A stretch of DNA of 32,564 bases from a virus (lineage: Duplodnaviria > Caudoviricetes), in IMG/VR virus record IMGVR_UViG_3300020392_000044, positions 1 to 32,564 of that record; one strand, given 5' to 3'. This document shows positions 18,398 to 29,900 of this stretch, piece after piece. The notes below the pieces were generated by a model. The model made no database searches and was not told the DNA's origin. It worked only from the letters and a program-made list of their open reading frames with translations. The translations under genes and the position numbers were made by a program. Numbering within the stretch: position 1 is the stretch's first letter; each line of letters begins with the position of its first letter.

Positions 18398-19027
18398 ATG
18401 TCAAGACAGTTATTTGAATACTATAGTCCAGATAGAGCAAACATTATTGTTGAGTCTGATGAATCAGGCAAAAATATGATGATGAGTGGTCTGTTTATTC
18501 AGGGCGAAGTAAAAAACCAAAACGGAAGAGTATATCCCAAAGACGAAATACAGAAGGCTGTTGAGTCCATTGGTCAACGTATTGGTGGAGGAGAAACTGT
18601 ACTAGGCGAGTTAGATCACCCAACAGAATTACAAATTAATTTAGATAGAGTAAGCCACATGATTACTGATATGAGATGTGAAGGCGCAGATGGCTTTGGA
18701 AAACTTAAAATATTGGATACTCCAATGGGTAAGATTGCCGAAGCATTGCTAAAAGGTGGCGCCAAACTAGGTGTCAGTAGTAGAGGTAGTGGTAATGTAA
18801 ATGAGAGCGGTAGGGTAAGCGATTTTGATATAGTAACTGTTGACATCGTAGCACAACCAAGTGCCCCAGATGCCTACCCTAAAGCCATTTATGAAAGTTT
18901 ATTTAATATGCGAGGCGGTGCTCAAATATTTGAAGCCGCCCGTGAAATAACAAAAAGTGACAGAAACGCACAAAAACACCTTACTCGAATGATGGAAACC
19001 TTCATTCGGGAATTGGAACTCAAATAG
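18398..19027 (+). CDS. gp21: Prohead protease (T4 gp21-like)
   Basis: KNQNGRVYP, LGELDHP, VSH, LGVSSRGSG and DIVAQPSAPDA. Confidence 0.93.
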   Translation: MSRQLFEYYSPDRANIIVESDESGKNMMMSGLFIQGEVKNQNGRVYPKDEIQKAVESIGQRIGGGETVLGELDHPTELQINLDRVSHMITDMRCEGADGFGKLKILDTPMGKIAEALLKGGAKLGVSSRGSGNVNESGRVSDFDIVTVDIVAQPSAPDAYPKAIYESLFNMRGGAQIFEAAREITKSDRNAQKHLTRMMETFIRELELK

Positions 19028-19037
19028 GAGAAAGCAC

Positions 19038-20153
19038 ATGGCGGATAAATTCGTAGAACTTCTTGAAAATGGCGACTTGTCTGAAGAGACAAGAGTCAGC
19101 ATACAAGAAGCATGGGAAACACGCCTTGCTGAAGCAAGAGATGAAATTACTGCTGAATTAAGAGAAGAATTTGCACAAAGGTTTGAACATGACAAAGGTC
19201 AAATTGTTGAAGCAATGGACAAATTTATTACTCAAAATTTAGAAGAGGAATTGAAAGAACTTGCAGAAGATAAGAAGGCAACTATTGCTGAAAGAGTTAA
19301 TTATAAAAAAGCAATCGGCCAACACGCCGATGTTTTAAATAAATTCGTTTCAGAAACATTAGCCAGTGAAATCAAAGAACTAAAGGCAGATAGACACACG
19401 CAAAGTGATAACTTTGCTAAACTAGAAGACTTTGTTTTAGAGGCAGTGGCTGATGAGATTCGTGAGTTCCACTCAGATAAGCGAGAACTAGCAGAGAAGA
19501 AAGTTCAGTTAGTTCGCGAAGGACGAGAGCAACTTGCGGATGCTAAAAAAGAGTTTATTAGAAGAGCCGCAGAAAAAGTTGAAGCAACTATTTCATCTGC
19601 TTTAAAAGGCGAAGTATCGCAATTTAAAGAAGATATTACTAAGGCTCGTGAAAATGAATTTGGTAGAAGAATTTTTGAAGCGATGGCAGGCGAGTATGCT
19701 ACTTCGTATTTAAATGAGAATACAGAAGTTAGAAAACTTAAATCAGAAATCACAGGATTAAAATCTAAGATTGATGAAGCCAAGGCTAACGCAGACGAAA
19801 GTTCTGAACAAAAGAAATTAGTTGAATCTAAACTGCGAATAGCAGAAGACAGATACAACAGGAACAATGTTATGAGTGACTTAATTGCACCTTTAAGCAA
19901 GGACAAGAAAGCACTAATGACAGAACTTCTTGAGTCAGTTAAAACAGAAAAACTTGAAGAATCATTCAACAAGTACCTTCCAAGTGTTATGGACGGCGAA
20001 GGAACTGTTAGAACTAAAAAAGATGTTATTAATGAATCAGTGAAGACAGAACACACTGGTAATAGATCGTTGGACGGACAAACCGGCCCAGACAACGAAG
20101 TAGTTGATGTAGTCGCTATAGACGAAATCAGAAAACTAGCCGGACTTAAATAA
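19038..20153 (+). CDS. gp22: Prohead scaffold protein (T4 gp22-like)
   Basis: Long acidic coiled coil located between the protease and major capsid genes. Confidence 0.8.
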   Translation: MADKFVELLENGDLSEETRVSIQEAWETRLAEARDEITAELREEFAQRFEHDKGQIVEAMDKFITQNLEEELKELAEDKKATIAERVNYKKAIGQHADVLNKFVSETLASEIKELKADRHTQSDNFAKLEDFVLEAVADEIREFHSDKRELAEKKVQLVREGREQLADAKKEFIRRAAEKVEATISSALKGEVSQFKEDITKARENEFGRRIFEAMAGEYATSYLNENTEVRKLKSEITGLKSKIDEAKANADESSEQKKLVESKLRIAEDRYNRNNVMSDLIAPLSKDKKALMTELLESVKTEKLEESFNKYLPSVMDGEGTVRTKKDVINESVKTEHTGNRSLDGQTGPDNEVVDVVAIDEIRKLAGLK

Positions 20154-20166
20154 TTAGGAGATTATA

Positions 20167-21312
20167 ATGGCAGAAGCATTATTTGAATCAAATTGGTCCG
20201 CAACCAAGGACGCACTTCTTGAGGGATTGCAAGGTTCTAAAAAGTCTACAATGGACGTTATTTTAGAAAATGCTAAAACTCAATTGCAAGAAGCCGCGAC
20301 AGCAGGGTCAACAATGGCAGGAAACGTTGCATCACTTAACAAAGTTATGCTACCATTGATTAGAAGGGTTATGCCTTCTTTGATCGCCAACGAATTACTT
20401 GGTGTGCAACCAATGAGTGGACCAGTAGGACAAATCCACACATTAAGAGTAAGATACGCAGAGTCAAAAGACTCAGTCGTAGCAGGACAAGAAGCATTGT
20501 CACCATTTGCATTAGCAACAGCATATTCAGGGTCACCTGACGCAACAGCGGCCGCTGAAGGTACTGCAGGTAGTAAAATGTCTATCCAAATCCTCAAGCA
20601 AACAGTCGAAGCAAAAACAAGACGTCTATCAGCAAGATGGACTTTTGAATCTGCTCAAGACGCCAACGCAATGCACGGTGTAGATATCGAAGCAGAAATC
20701 ATGCAGGCATTAGCACAAGAAATAGCAGTTGAAATTGACCAAGAAATGTTAGCAAAATTGAGAGCACTTGCTCCAACAGTTGACACACTTGACTTCAACT
20801 CAGGTATCACTGGTACACAAACATATATCGGTGAAAGACACGCAATCTTGGCAATTCTTATTAACAGAGTTGCTAACTTGATCGCCGCAAGAACAAGAAG
20901 AGGCGCAGGTAACTATGTTGTTGTAAGTCCACAGGCTTTAACAATACTACAATCTGCAACAACTTCAACATTTGTAAGATCAACAGAAGGTCCTTTTGAT
21001 GCTCCAACAAACAGTAAGTTTGTAGGTACATTGAACGGTACAGTAAGAGTATTTGTTGATAACTATGCGGCAGATGGAACAGCAGTACTAGTAGGGTACA
21101 AAGGCTCATCAGAAACTGATGCACCAGCATTCTACTGTCCTTACATTCCATTAATGAGCACAGGACCAGTTATGGATCCAAGTAGTTTTGAACCAGTCGT
21201 TTCATTTATGACTAGATACGGTTACTTAGAACTTACTAACACAGCAAGTTCATTGGGTAATGCGGCAGATTACTTAGGTGAAATTGGACTTTCAAACGTC
21301 TCATTCAAGTAA
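20167..21312 (+). CDS. gp23: Major capsid protein (T4 gp23-like)
   Basis: LIRRVMPSLIANELLGVQPMSGPVG, VEAKTRRLSARWTFESAQD, AFYCPYIPL and MTRYG. Confidence 0.95.
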   Translation: MAEALFESNWSATKDALLEGLQGSKKSTMDVILENAKTQLQEAATAGSTMAGNVASLNKVMLPLIRRVMPSLIANELLGVQPMSGPVGQIHTLRVRYAESKDSVVAGQEALSPFALATAYSGSPDATAAAEGTAGSKMSIQILKQTVEAKTRRLSARWTFESAQDANAMHGVDIEAEIMQALAQEIAVEIDQEMLAKLRALAPTVDTLDFNSGITGTQTYIGERHAILAILINRVANLIAARTRRGAGNYVVVSPQALTILQSATTSTFVRSTEGPFDAPTNSKFVGTLNGTVRVFVDNYAADGTAVLVGYKGSSETDAPAFYCPYIPLMSTGPVMDPSSFEPVVSFMTRYGYLELTNTASSLGNAADYLGEIGLSNVSFK

Positions 21313-21336
21313 GTATTAGTTTTACTTAAAAACATT

Positions 21337-21366
21337 AAGCACCTTCTTCGGAAGGTGCTTTTTTTT
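21337..21366 (+). terminator. Rho-independent terminator
   Basis: AAGCACCTTC-TTCG-GAAGGTGCTT followed by a T-run; C(UUCG)G tetraloop. Confidence 0.9.
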
Positions 21367-21392
21367 GTACGCAGGAAAAAGAGACACAATCT

Positions 21393-21400
21393 GATAAATA
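21393..21400 (+). promoter_or_regulatory. Late promoter (GATAAATA)
   Basis: Lies between the gp23 terminator and the first fibre gene. Confidence 0.7.
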
Positions 21401-21430
21401 TGTTAAAGCATGTTCTAATCGGAGTAATTA

Positions 21431-24400
21431 ATGGCAGACAAAAAAGGTATATTTAGATCACCGGGTAACATTATTTTCAATGCCCAATCTATCAGCGAAA
21501 GAGCAGATGAATTAAAAGTTTCAGATGATAAAATTATAATTAACTCTGATAACACAGGCGGTACAGCAAAATTAGTTTTCAGTCATGGAACAGCAGGTGC
21601 TGAATTATCATGGAACGGAACTGCATTAACATCGAATGTTGTTATTGGCGGTTCATTAAGTGTAACAGATGCAGGTGGAGACGGAAGTTTAGCATATAAT
21701 TCAGGCACAGGTGTACTAACATATACAGGTCCAAGTGCCGCAGAAGTAAGAGCACACCTAAGTAATGCCGCACCAGTAATATACAATACCAGTACTGGTG
21801 AAATAAGTTTTGCAGATAGTGGTGTTGTTGCAACAACATATGGTAATGTAACACATGTACCTGTTATAACAATAACAGCAAAAGGTGTTATAGCAAGTGC
21901 GGCCACAAGCCAAATAGAAATTACCAGTTCACAGATATCAAATTTTTCAGAAGCAGTTGACGATAGAGTCGGCGCAATGGCCAGTGGCGGTACAGGCATA
22001 ACAGCAGTTTACGATGATAGTGCAAACACACTGGTTTTTAATTTAGATAATACAGCAGTTACACCTAATAGTTACGGAAGTGCAACAGGTGTTGCTACAT
22101 TTACTGTTGATCAGCAAGGTAGAATAACATCAGCATTAACAACAGCAATAGCAATACCGCATACTCAAGTTACAGATTTTGATACAGAAGTTAGAGCATT
22201 GTTTGCCGGTACTACAGGTGAAATAGATTATAACAGCGGTAATGGTACATTTAGTTTACCAGCACAAATTACTCAAGCAACAGATTTTAATACAGAATTA
22301 ACAGCACCTACTGTAGCAAGTAGTGACAACAGCACTAAAGTTGCCACAACAGCATGGGTAACAAGTAACGCACCAGGTACACTTACAGATGTACACGGTG
22401 GTACAGGTATAACAACAACACCAGGAAATATTACAGGTGCTGGTTCAGTAAGTATTACTAATACAGGTGTTACAGCGGCAAGTTATGGTAGTGCAACAGC
22501 AATACCAACATATACTGTAAATGCACAAGGACAATTAACAGCGGCGGCTGATGTAAACATAGCAATACCGGCCTCGCAAGTAACAGATTTTTCAGAAGCA
22601 GTTGACGACAGAGTCAATGCTTTAATAGTAGACGGTGACGGAATTACCGGCACATACGATGATGCCGCAGGTAGTTATACTATTGATGTAGACAATACTG
22701 TAGTTAGAACTACAGGCAATCAAAGTATAGGCGGAACAAAAACATTCACAGGTAGTGTAGATTTAACAAGTACTGCAAGTACAACTGCAAGTACACAGGC
22801 AAATGCAGATAACAGTACAAAAGTAGCCACAACAGCCTATGTTGAAAATGCTATTTCAAACTTACAAGGTGGTGCTCCAGCAACACTAGATACATTAAAT
22901 GAAATTGCAACAGCATTAGGTAATGATGCCGCACTTAATACAACATTAACAAATTCAATTGCCACAAAAGCACCATTAACAAGAGATCTTGTTGCAGGTG
23001 CAGGTTTAACAGGTGGCGGAACTTTAGCAAGTGATAGAACATTTAACATTGTGGGTTCAGGTGGTATTACTGTAAATGCAGACGACATAGCAGTAGATAA
23101 TACTGTATTAAGAACATCAGGCACAGGGCAATCAGTAACACAAAAATTAACATTTACAGGTTCTGGTAACAATCCAGAAATTGCTTCGGGCGGTAAATTA
23201 AGTGTAGGTTCAAGTGTATTAGAAGAAAACGATCTTAAGTTTGATTCAAATGGTGATATATTCTTTGACTTTAGTAACAGTAATCCTGGTTACAATGCTC
23301 TAAGATATTCATCTAACAATATAACATTAAGTGCCAGCAGAAGTTTAGTTTTTGATATTAACAAAGACAACAGCGGATTAGCAACTTCAGGATTTGGCAT
23401 TGGTGATCTTGGAAGTGGATCATCTAAAACAATTTTAACAACAACAGCAAATGGCGGTGTTGGTGTTAATCACATATTACTAAAAGATATTAATAACGCA
23501 ACATACAATGCCACAGGAGCAAATGCAGACTCTGTAGCAAATGCAAATGTATTTGGAGACGGTGATAATCCTGATAGTGTAATTTTTGCTAGAGATAGTG
23601 AAATATATGGTGTTATTAACGGAACAGAATATCCTTTAACAAATAGAGGTGTATCAGGTGCAATAGAATCTACAGGTGCCAGTGGTATTTCCGTATATGG
23701 TGGTTCAAGAACATCAGGTTCAACAACATATCATCAATTTAGAAAATTATTGGCTAGTACAGGAGTTTCATTAGCAGAATCAGGAAACGTAATAACTGTT
23801 ACTAATACAGATTTAGGTAGCAGTCAAAATATAGTTAAAACATTTACTTCAGATTCTGGATCATTTGCATCAGGTACAAATGCTGATACATTAACAATAG
23901 CAGGTGGAACAAATATAAGTACTGCAATCACAGGTAGTACTTTAACAATAAACGGTCCTGCAGACACTGATGCAATAAGTGAAGGCTCAACAAATTTATA
24001 TTATACAGATGCTAGAGCAGATGCTAGAGCAACTTTAAGAATCAATGCGGCAACCACAGATAATATCAGTGAAGGTTCAAGTAATTTATACTTTACAGAT
24101 GCCAGAGCCAGAGCGGCAATCAGTGTTAGTGGAGATTTAAGTTATAATTCATCAACAGGTGTAATTAGTTTTACAAATGACGCAGGTGACATAGAAGGTG
24201 TTACCGCTGGTGATGGTATAAGTGGTGGCGGAACAAGTGGTACTGTCACAGTAAATGTAGACAATACAGTAGTAAGAACTAGTGGTACACAAACCATTGC
24301 AGGTGTAAAAACATTTAGTAATGGAATAATATTTAATAGTTCTATTACAGGCCCAGGTTCAGCATCGCTATTTGATGCAAGTGGTAAGTTACAGGCCGCT

Positions 24401-25717
24401 ACTTTAACAACAAGAAGTACAACAGACTTATCAGAAGGAACAAATTTATATTACACTGATGCAAGAGTACGTTCACATATTACAGGTTCTGATCTTGATA
24501 TGGGTGGTAATAAAGTTTTATTTGGAAACTTATATAGTACAGAAGGCGATTTACCAAGTGCTTCAACATACCACGGTATGTTTGCACATGTTCACGGAAC
24601 AGGTAAAGGTTATTTTGCACATGGTGGTGCTTGGAGAAAACTTTTAGATGAAACAAGTTCAGATACAGGCGATTTAACAGAAGGTTCTAACTTATATTAC
24701 ACAGATGCAAGAGTAGATACTCATCTTAATGTAAGTACAGCAGGAGCAAACGAAGTACTACAATGGAGTGGTACAGACTATCAATGGGCAAACATGAGTA
24801 CAGGTCCACAAGGACAAAAAGGTGAAACAGGTGCTCAAGGTCCAGCAGGTGCTCAAGGACCAGCAGGTGACAAAGGTGCTCAAGGTGATAAAGGTGCCCA
24901 AGGTGATACTGGCCCACAAGGTACACAAGGTACGCAGGGTACAGCGGGTGATAAAGGACAAAAAGGTGAAATAGGTACTCAAGGACCACAAGGTGCCCAA
25001 GGGGCTCAAGGTGCTCAGGGGGCTCAGGGTGTTGCAGGAGACAAAGGTGCTCAAGGTGACAAAGGACAAACTGGTGCACAGGGTGGTACTGGACCAACAG
25101 GACCGCAAGGTGCCCAAGGACCAGGTGGTAATAAAGGTGATCAAGGAGCCACAGGAGCCACAGGCCCAACAGGACCTTCAGGTAATCCATTCCCAGGTGG
25201 CACATTCTCAGGCGATATTACAGTAAGAAATATAATTGCTACAGGACCAACTGGTACATTTGACGTTGGTTCAAGTAGTGTAAAATTTGGAGCCATGTAT
25301 GCCACAACATTTAATGGTACAGCAACAGCGGCTCAATATGCTGACTTGGCAGAAAATTATAAATCAGACGCAGATTACGAGCCTGGTACAGTAGTTGCAA
25401 TCGGCGGAAATGCTGAAGTTACAGCAGTAAATGAGCCAGGTAGTTTCAAAGTAGTAGGTGTAGTAAGTACAAATCCTGCATACTTAATGAATTCAGAATT
25501 AGAAAGTGAATATGTAGTTTCTATAGCATTGCGTGGACGAGTGCCATGTAAAGTTGCTGGAAATGTTAAAAAAGGTGATGTTATAATAGCAAGTGATGTT
25601 CCAGGTCACGGTATGGTAGCAGTAGCACCTACAAAATTAAGTCCACTACAAATTGTTGGCAGAGCATTAGAAAATAAAACAGAAGCCGCTCCAGGCATTG
25701 TTGAAATTTTAGTTTAA
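21431..25717 (+). CDS. Fibre/structural protein 1 with collagen-like segment
   Basis: Gly/Thr/Ser-rich; gpH-like APATLDTLNEIATALGND; repeated [14 protein letters not shown]; 43 Gly-X-Y triplets; C-terminal QYADLAENY...GRVPCKV domain. Confidence 0.8.
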   Translation: MADKKGIFRSPGNIIFNAQSISERADELKVSDDKIIINSDNTGGTAKLVFSHGTAGAELSWNGTALTSNVVIGGSLSVTDAGGDGSLAYNSGTGVLTYTGPSAAEVRAHLSNAAPVIYNTSTGEISFADSGVVATTYGNVTHVPVITITAKGVIASAATSQIEITSSQISNFSEAVDDRVGAMASGGTGITAVYDDSANTLVFNLDNTAVTPNSYGSATGVATFTVDQQGRITSALTTAIAIPHTQVTDFDTEVRALFAGTTGEIDYNSGNGTFSLPAQITQATDFNTELTAPTVASSDNSTKVATTAWVTSNAPGTLTDVHGGTGITTTPGNITGAGSVSITNTGVTAASYGSATAIPTYTVNAQGQLTAAADVNIAIPASQVTDFSEAVDDRVNALIVDGDGITGTYDDAAGSYTIDVDNTVVRTTGNQSIGGTKTFTGSVDLTSTASTTASTQANADNSTKVATTAYVENAISNLQGGAPATLDTLNEIATALGNDAALNTTLTNSIATKAPLTRDLVAGAGLTGGGTLASDRTFNIVGSGGITVNADDIAVDNTVLRTSGTGQSVTQKLTFTGSGNNPEIASGGKLSVGSSVLEENDLKFDSNGDIFFDFSNSNPGYNALRYSSNNITLSASRSLVFDINKDNSGLATSGFGIGDLGSGSSKTILTTTANGGVGVNHILLKDINNATYNATGANADSVANANVFGDGDNPDSVIFARDSEIYGVINGTEYPLTNRGVSGAIESTGASGISVYGGSRTSGSTTYHQFRKLLASTGVSLAESGNVITVTNTDLGSSQNIVKTFTSDSGSFASGTNADTLTIAGGTNISTAITGSTLTINGPADTDAISEGSTNLYYTDARADARATLRINAATTDNISEGSSNLYFTDARARAAISVSGDLSYNSSTGVISFTNDAGDIEGVTAGDGISGGGTSGTVTVNVDNTVVRTSGTQTIAGVKTFSNGIIFNSSITGPGSASLFDASGKLQAATLTTRSTTDLSEGTNLYYTDARVRSHITGSDLDMGGNKVLFGNLYSTEGDLPSASTYHGMFAHVHGTGKGYFAHGGAWRKLLDETSSDTGDLTEGSNLYYTDARVDTHLNVSTAGANEVLQWSGTDYQWANMSTGPQGQKGETGAQGPAGAQGPAGDKGAQGDKGAQGDTGPQGTQGTQGTAGDKGQKGEIGTQGPQGAQGAQGAQGAQGVAGDKGAQGDKGQTGAQGGTGPTGPQGAQGPGGNKGDQGATGATGPTGPSGNPFPGGTFSGDITVRNIIATGPTGTFDVGSSSVKFGAMYATTFNGTATAAQYADLAENYKSDADYEPGTVVAIGGNAEVTAVNEPGSFKVVGVVSTNPAYLMNSELESEYVVSIALRGRVPCKVAGNVKKGDVIIASDVPGHGMVAVAPTKLSPLQIVGRALENKTEAAPGIVEILV
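24803..25189 (+). repeat. Collagen-like (Gly-X-Y)43 coding repeat
   Basis: GPQ...GNP, 129 codons. Confidence 0.9.
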
Positions 25718-26787
25718 TGAAAATAGTCAAGGGAACAACTCCTCGAGACATCACGTTACATGATGGAGATTACCCTGCAAACCTAGAACCGACAGACGTT
25801 GTAGAAATATTTGAAACCCCTCTTACAGGAACTTATAATTGGGACTATACAGTTCAGGATAACCGTATCAAAAAATTATATGAACTAGGTAAAAAACTAA
25901 ACTGGAATGTAGAAGTTGATGTTGATTGGTCTCCAGAATACAAAGGCATGGACCCTGAAGAGTTTGAATTCGAAAATACACAATGGGATAATCATCCTGT
26001 GTTTAACAAAATGAACAAAGAAACCAGAATGGAGTTTCTTACAGATTTAAACAGTTGGGCACTTAGTCAGTTTTTACATGGTGAGCAAGGTGCTTTATTA
26101 GTTGCAAGTCAGTTGGCCAGTTGTGCGCCTACATTTAATGCTAAACTATATGCGGCATCACAAACCTTTGATGAAGCAAGACATGTAGAAGCATTTAACA
26201 AATATTTACAAACAAGATTACAAAGAACATGGCCCATAGGAAGAGCATTAAAAGGCTTACTTGATAAAATACTTACAGACCCACGTTGGGATTTAAAATT
26301 TATAGGTATGCAGGTTGTAATAGAAGGACTAGCACTGGCGGCCTTTAATGCTACAAAGAATGGAACTAAAGATCCTGTGTTATATCAAATGTTGGATTAC
26401 ATTATTAGAGACGAAGCAAGGCATGTAACATTTGGTATAAACTATTTAAAAGATTATGTTACAACATTAACACAAGAAGAACAAATAGATAGAGCACAAT
26501 TTGCCTTAGAAGCCTGTACTGTAAGCAGAAACAGATTAAGAGCATACGATGTTTGGGAAAAATATGGTATGGATATAGAGTTTACAGACGAATATCAAAA
26601 AGAAAATATATTTCAAACACAATTTCAAGATGTATTATTCAGTAGAATAATGCCAAACCTTAAAAAGATAGGTCTATTACGTGACGAACTAATACCTGAA
26701 TATGAAAAGTTAGGTGTAATGGGTTACGCAGATGGAGATTCTGACTACGAAACAAGTTGGGAAGAACTATCAAAACCGCTCAAGTAG
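25717..26787 (+). CDS. Ferritin-like diiron protein (AurF/N-oxygenase-like superfamily)
   Basis: Two E...ExxH ligand sets: HGEQGA/DEARH and IEGLA/DEARH. TAATG-coupled to fibre 1. Confidence 0.8.
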   Translation: MKIVKGTTPRDITLHDGDYPANLEPTDVVEIFETPLTGTYNWDYTVQDNRIKKLYELGKKLNWNVEVDVDWSPEYKGMDPEEFEFENTQWDNHPVFNKMNKETRMEFLTDLNSWALSQFLHGEQGALLVASQLASCAPTFNAKLYAASQTFDEARHVEAFNKYLQTRLQRTWPIGRALKGLLDKILTDPRWDLKFIGMQVVIEGLALAAFNATKNGTKDPVLYQMLDYIIRDEARHVTFGINYLKDYVTTLTQEEQIDRAQFALEACTVSRNRLRAYDVWEKYGMDIEFTDEYQKENIFQTQFQDVLFSRIMPNLKKIGLLRDELIPEYEKLGVMGYADGDSDYETSWEELSKPLK

Positions 26788-26794
26788 ATAAATA
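26787..26794 (+). promoter_or_regulatory. Late promoter (GATAAATA)
   Basis: Overlaps the diiron gene stop codon, upstream of fibre 2. Confidence 0.65.
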
Positions 26795-26945
26795 TTAGTA
26801 CTTGCCCCTATTGGCTTACTTATGTATTTCGGGCACACATAATAAAAAGTAGTCAAAATCTTCTAGGTTGCACATACACATACAACAATTCAGCAACCAA
26901 TATAATTTAACGTTAAAAAATATTATTTAATTTAGGAGAAAAATA

Positions 26946-29900
26946 ATGGCATTCGCAATTCAGAGAAGAAGAGGTACTGCCACAGAACATAATTCCTTTA
27001 CAGGTCTAGTTGGTGAAATTACGATCGATACCACCAATAATACCATTCGTGTTCACGACGGTAGCACGGCTGGTGGTCATAGACTTGCAAAATTTTCCGA
27101 AGTCAATACTCAAGAAAACATCGAAGATGTAGTAGGTAGTTTACTTACTGCTGGTGCTGGTATTAGTTTATCATATGATGATGCCGGTGGCACACTAACT
27201 ATTACTAATACAACTTCAGCAGGTGATATTGAAAGTGTTACAGCAGGAAATGGATTAAGTGGCGGCGGTACTAGTGGAGCAGTTACACTAGCACTTGACC
27301 TCAACGAACTATCGGCGGCGGCAGTGAGTGTAGCAAACGACAGTATTGTTATCATTGACGCAGACGACTCAAACGGTTCAAAGAAAGAAAGCATTGCAGA
27401 TTTGGCTTCTGGAATGGCAGGAACAAACTTAACAGCATCATCAGGTACATTAGGTATCGCTGATTCAGTAATCAGAGGAAAGATAAGTGCAAGTGGTGAT
27501 TTAAGTTATAACAGTTCAACTGGTGTAATTAGTTTTACTAATGACGCAGGTGATATTGAAGGTGTTACTGCTGGAGACGGTCTAAGCGGAGGTGGTTCAA
27601 GTGGAACTGTTTCATTAGCATTAGACTTAAATGAACTAACAGGAGCAACAGCAGATGTTAGTGCAGACAGTATTGCATTTATTGATGCTACTGACAATTC
27701 TAGTAAGAAAGAAAGCATTGCAGACTTTGTTTCAGCAATGGCAGGTACAGGTATATCTGCTAGTGCAGGACAATTAAGTCTAACTGACACAGGTGTTATA
27801 ACAGGTGTCACAGCAGGATCAGGCATAAGCGGTGGTGGTACAAGTGGTACCGTTACTATTAACATTGATCATGAAAACATTGGTGGTAATTTAATACCAA
27901 GTGCCAATAACACTTACCAGTTGGGTAGTGTAACTAAGGTTTGGAAAGACGTATTTGTAGGTCCAGGATCTTTATACGTTAATGGACAGCAAGTAATTTC
28001 TGATAATTCAGGTACAATTACAGTTAGTGCTGATGATAACCAAAACGTTAGTATTTTAACAGGTGGTACTGGTGATATTGAACTTACTGCTGGTGGTGAT
28101 ATTCAATTAAAAACAGACGTTGTTTTAACAGCGAACAAAACAATTACTTCAAGTGGTGGTATTAAGATTGCATCTAATATCAATGCTAACAGTAATAACA
28201 TTAATAATTTGGACAATCCGGTTGCGGCTCAAGATGCGGCAACTAAAGCATACGTTGACGCTCAGTTAGCCACAAAAGACGCATTAAGTGAACTAAGTGG
28301 TGATAGTGATGACGTATCAGAAGGATCAACTAATTTATACTTTACAAATGCAAGAGCAGATGCTAGAGTAAATGCTGTATTACCAAATACAGGAAGTTTA
28401 TCAGAAGGATCAAACTTATACTTTACAAATGCTAGAGCAGACGCAAGAGTCGATGCTAAATTGGCATCAGACGTAACTATTGGTGGTAATTTAACTGTAA
28501 GTGGTTCACAGACAGTTGTTAATTCCACTACAACAGAAACAGTAGATAACATATTCCGTGTAAACAGTGACGGAACATCTCAAGACGCAGGTTTTGAGGC
28601 AAACATAGCAGGAACAATTAAATCTGTATTATATGATGTATCAGAAAGTGAATGGACATTTGGTTCAGAAAACGTCAAAGCAACAAGTTTTGAAGGTGCT
28701 TTAACTGGTGCAGTTACAGGTACAGTATCAAGTATTGCAAATCATGACACAGGCGATTTATCAGAAGGTTCTAATTTGTATTATACAAATGCAAGAGCAG
28801 ACGCCAGAATTGCAAACGCAATCAAAGATGAAGACAATATGGCATCTAATAGTGCAACACATGTTCCTTCACAGCAATCTGTTAAAGCATTTGTTGAGGC
28901 TCAGGTAGCAACACATGATAATACAGATGAAATGACAGAAGGTTCAACCAATCTGTACTTTACAAATGCAAGAGCCAGATCCGCAGTAAGTGGTAGTGAT
29001 GCAGGTGGAGACGGAAGTTTTGCTTATAACAGTAGTACAGGTGTGTTTACATATACAGGGCCTAGTGCCGCTGAAACAAGAGCACACTTTAGTGGTGGCA
29101 CAGGTATTAATATATCAAGTGGTACAATAAGCACAGATGATAGTGGTATTGATCACGATGCTTTAAATAACTTTGTAGCAAACGAACATATTGATCACTC
29201 AACTGTAAGCATAACAGCAGGTGCTGGTTTAACAGGTGGTGGTACAATAGCCGCAAGTAGAAACTTAGATGTTGGAGCAGGTACAGGTATTACTGTAAAT
29301 GCTAACGATATTGCAGTTAATATGAGTGCATTTGATACAGGAGACTTATCAGAAGGTTCAAACTTATATTACACTAATGAAAGAGTAGATGATAGAGTAG
29401 CCACATTGGTAACTGACGGAAACGGTGTAAGTGCTGTTTACGATGATGCCGCCGGTACACTAACATTTAACATTCAAAGTAGTGTAGCAGGTACTGGTTT
29501 AACAGAATCATCAGGCGTAATTAACGCAGTTGGTGGTGATGGTATTACCGCAAGTGCAAATAGTTTAGATCTTGATAATACAGTTGTTAGAACAAGTGGA
29601 ACACAAAGTATTGGTGGTGCTAAAACATTTAGTAGCGATGTAATTATGTCAGCAAACTTAACTGTTAATGGTACAACAACTACAATTAACTCTACAACAG
29701 TATCAACAGGTGATAACATTATTGTTTTAAACAGCGATGTTACAGGTACACCAAGTGAAAACGCAGGTATTGAAATTGAAAGAGGTGATTCAACTAATAA
29801 ACAGTTCATATGGAATGAAACAACAGATAGATGGGTGGCAGATGCGGCACTTCAAGGTGCAGGATTTTATGCAGACTCTACACAAATTGTTGATTCTTCA

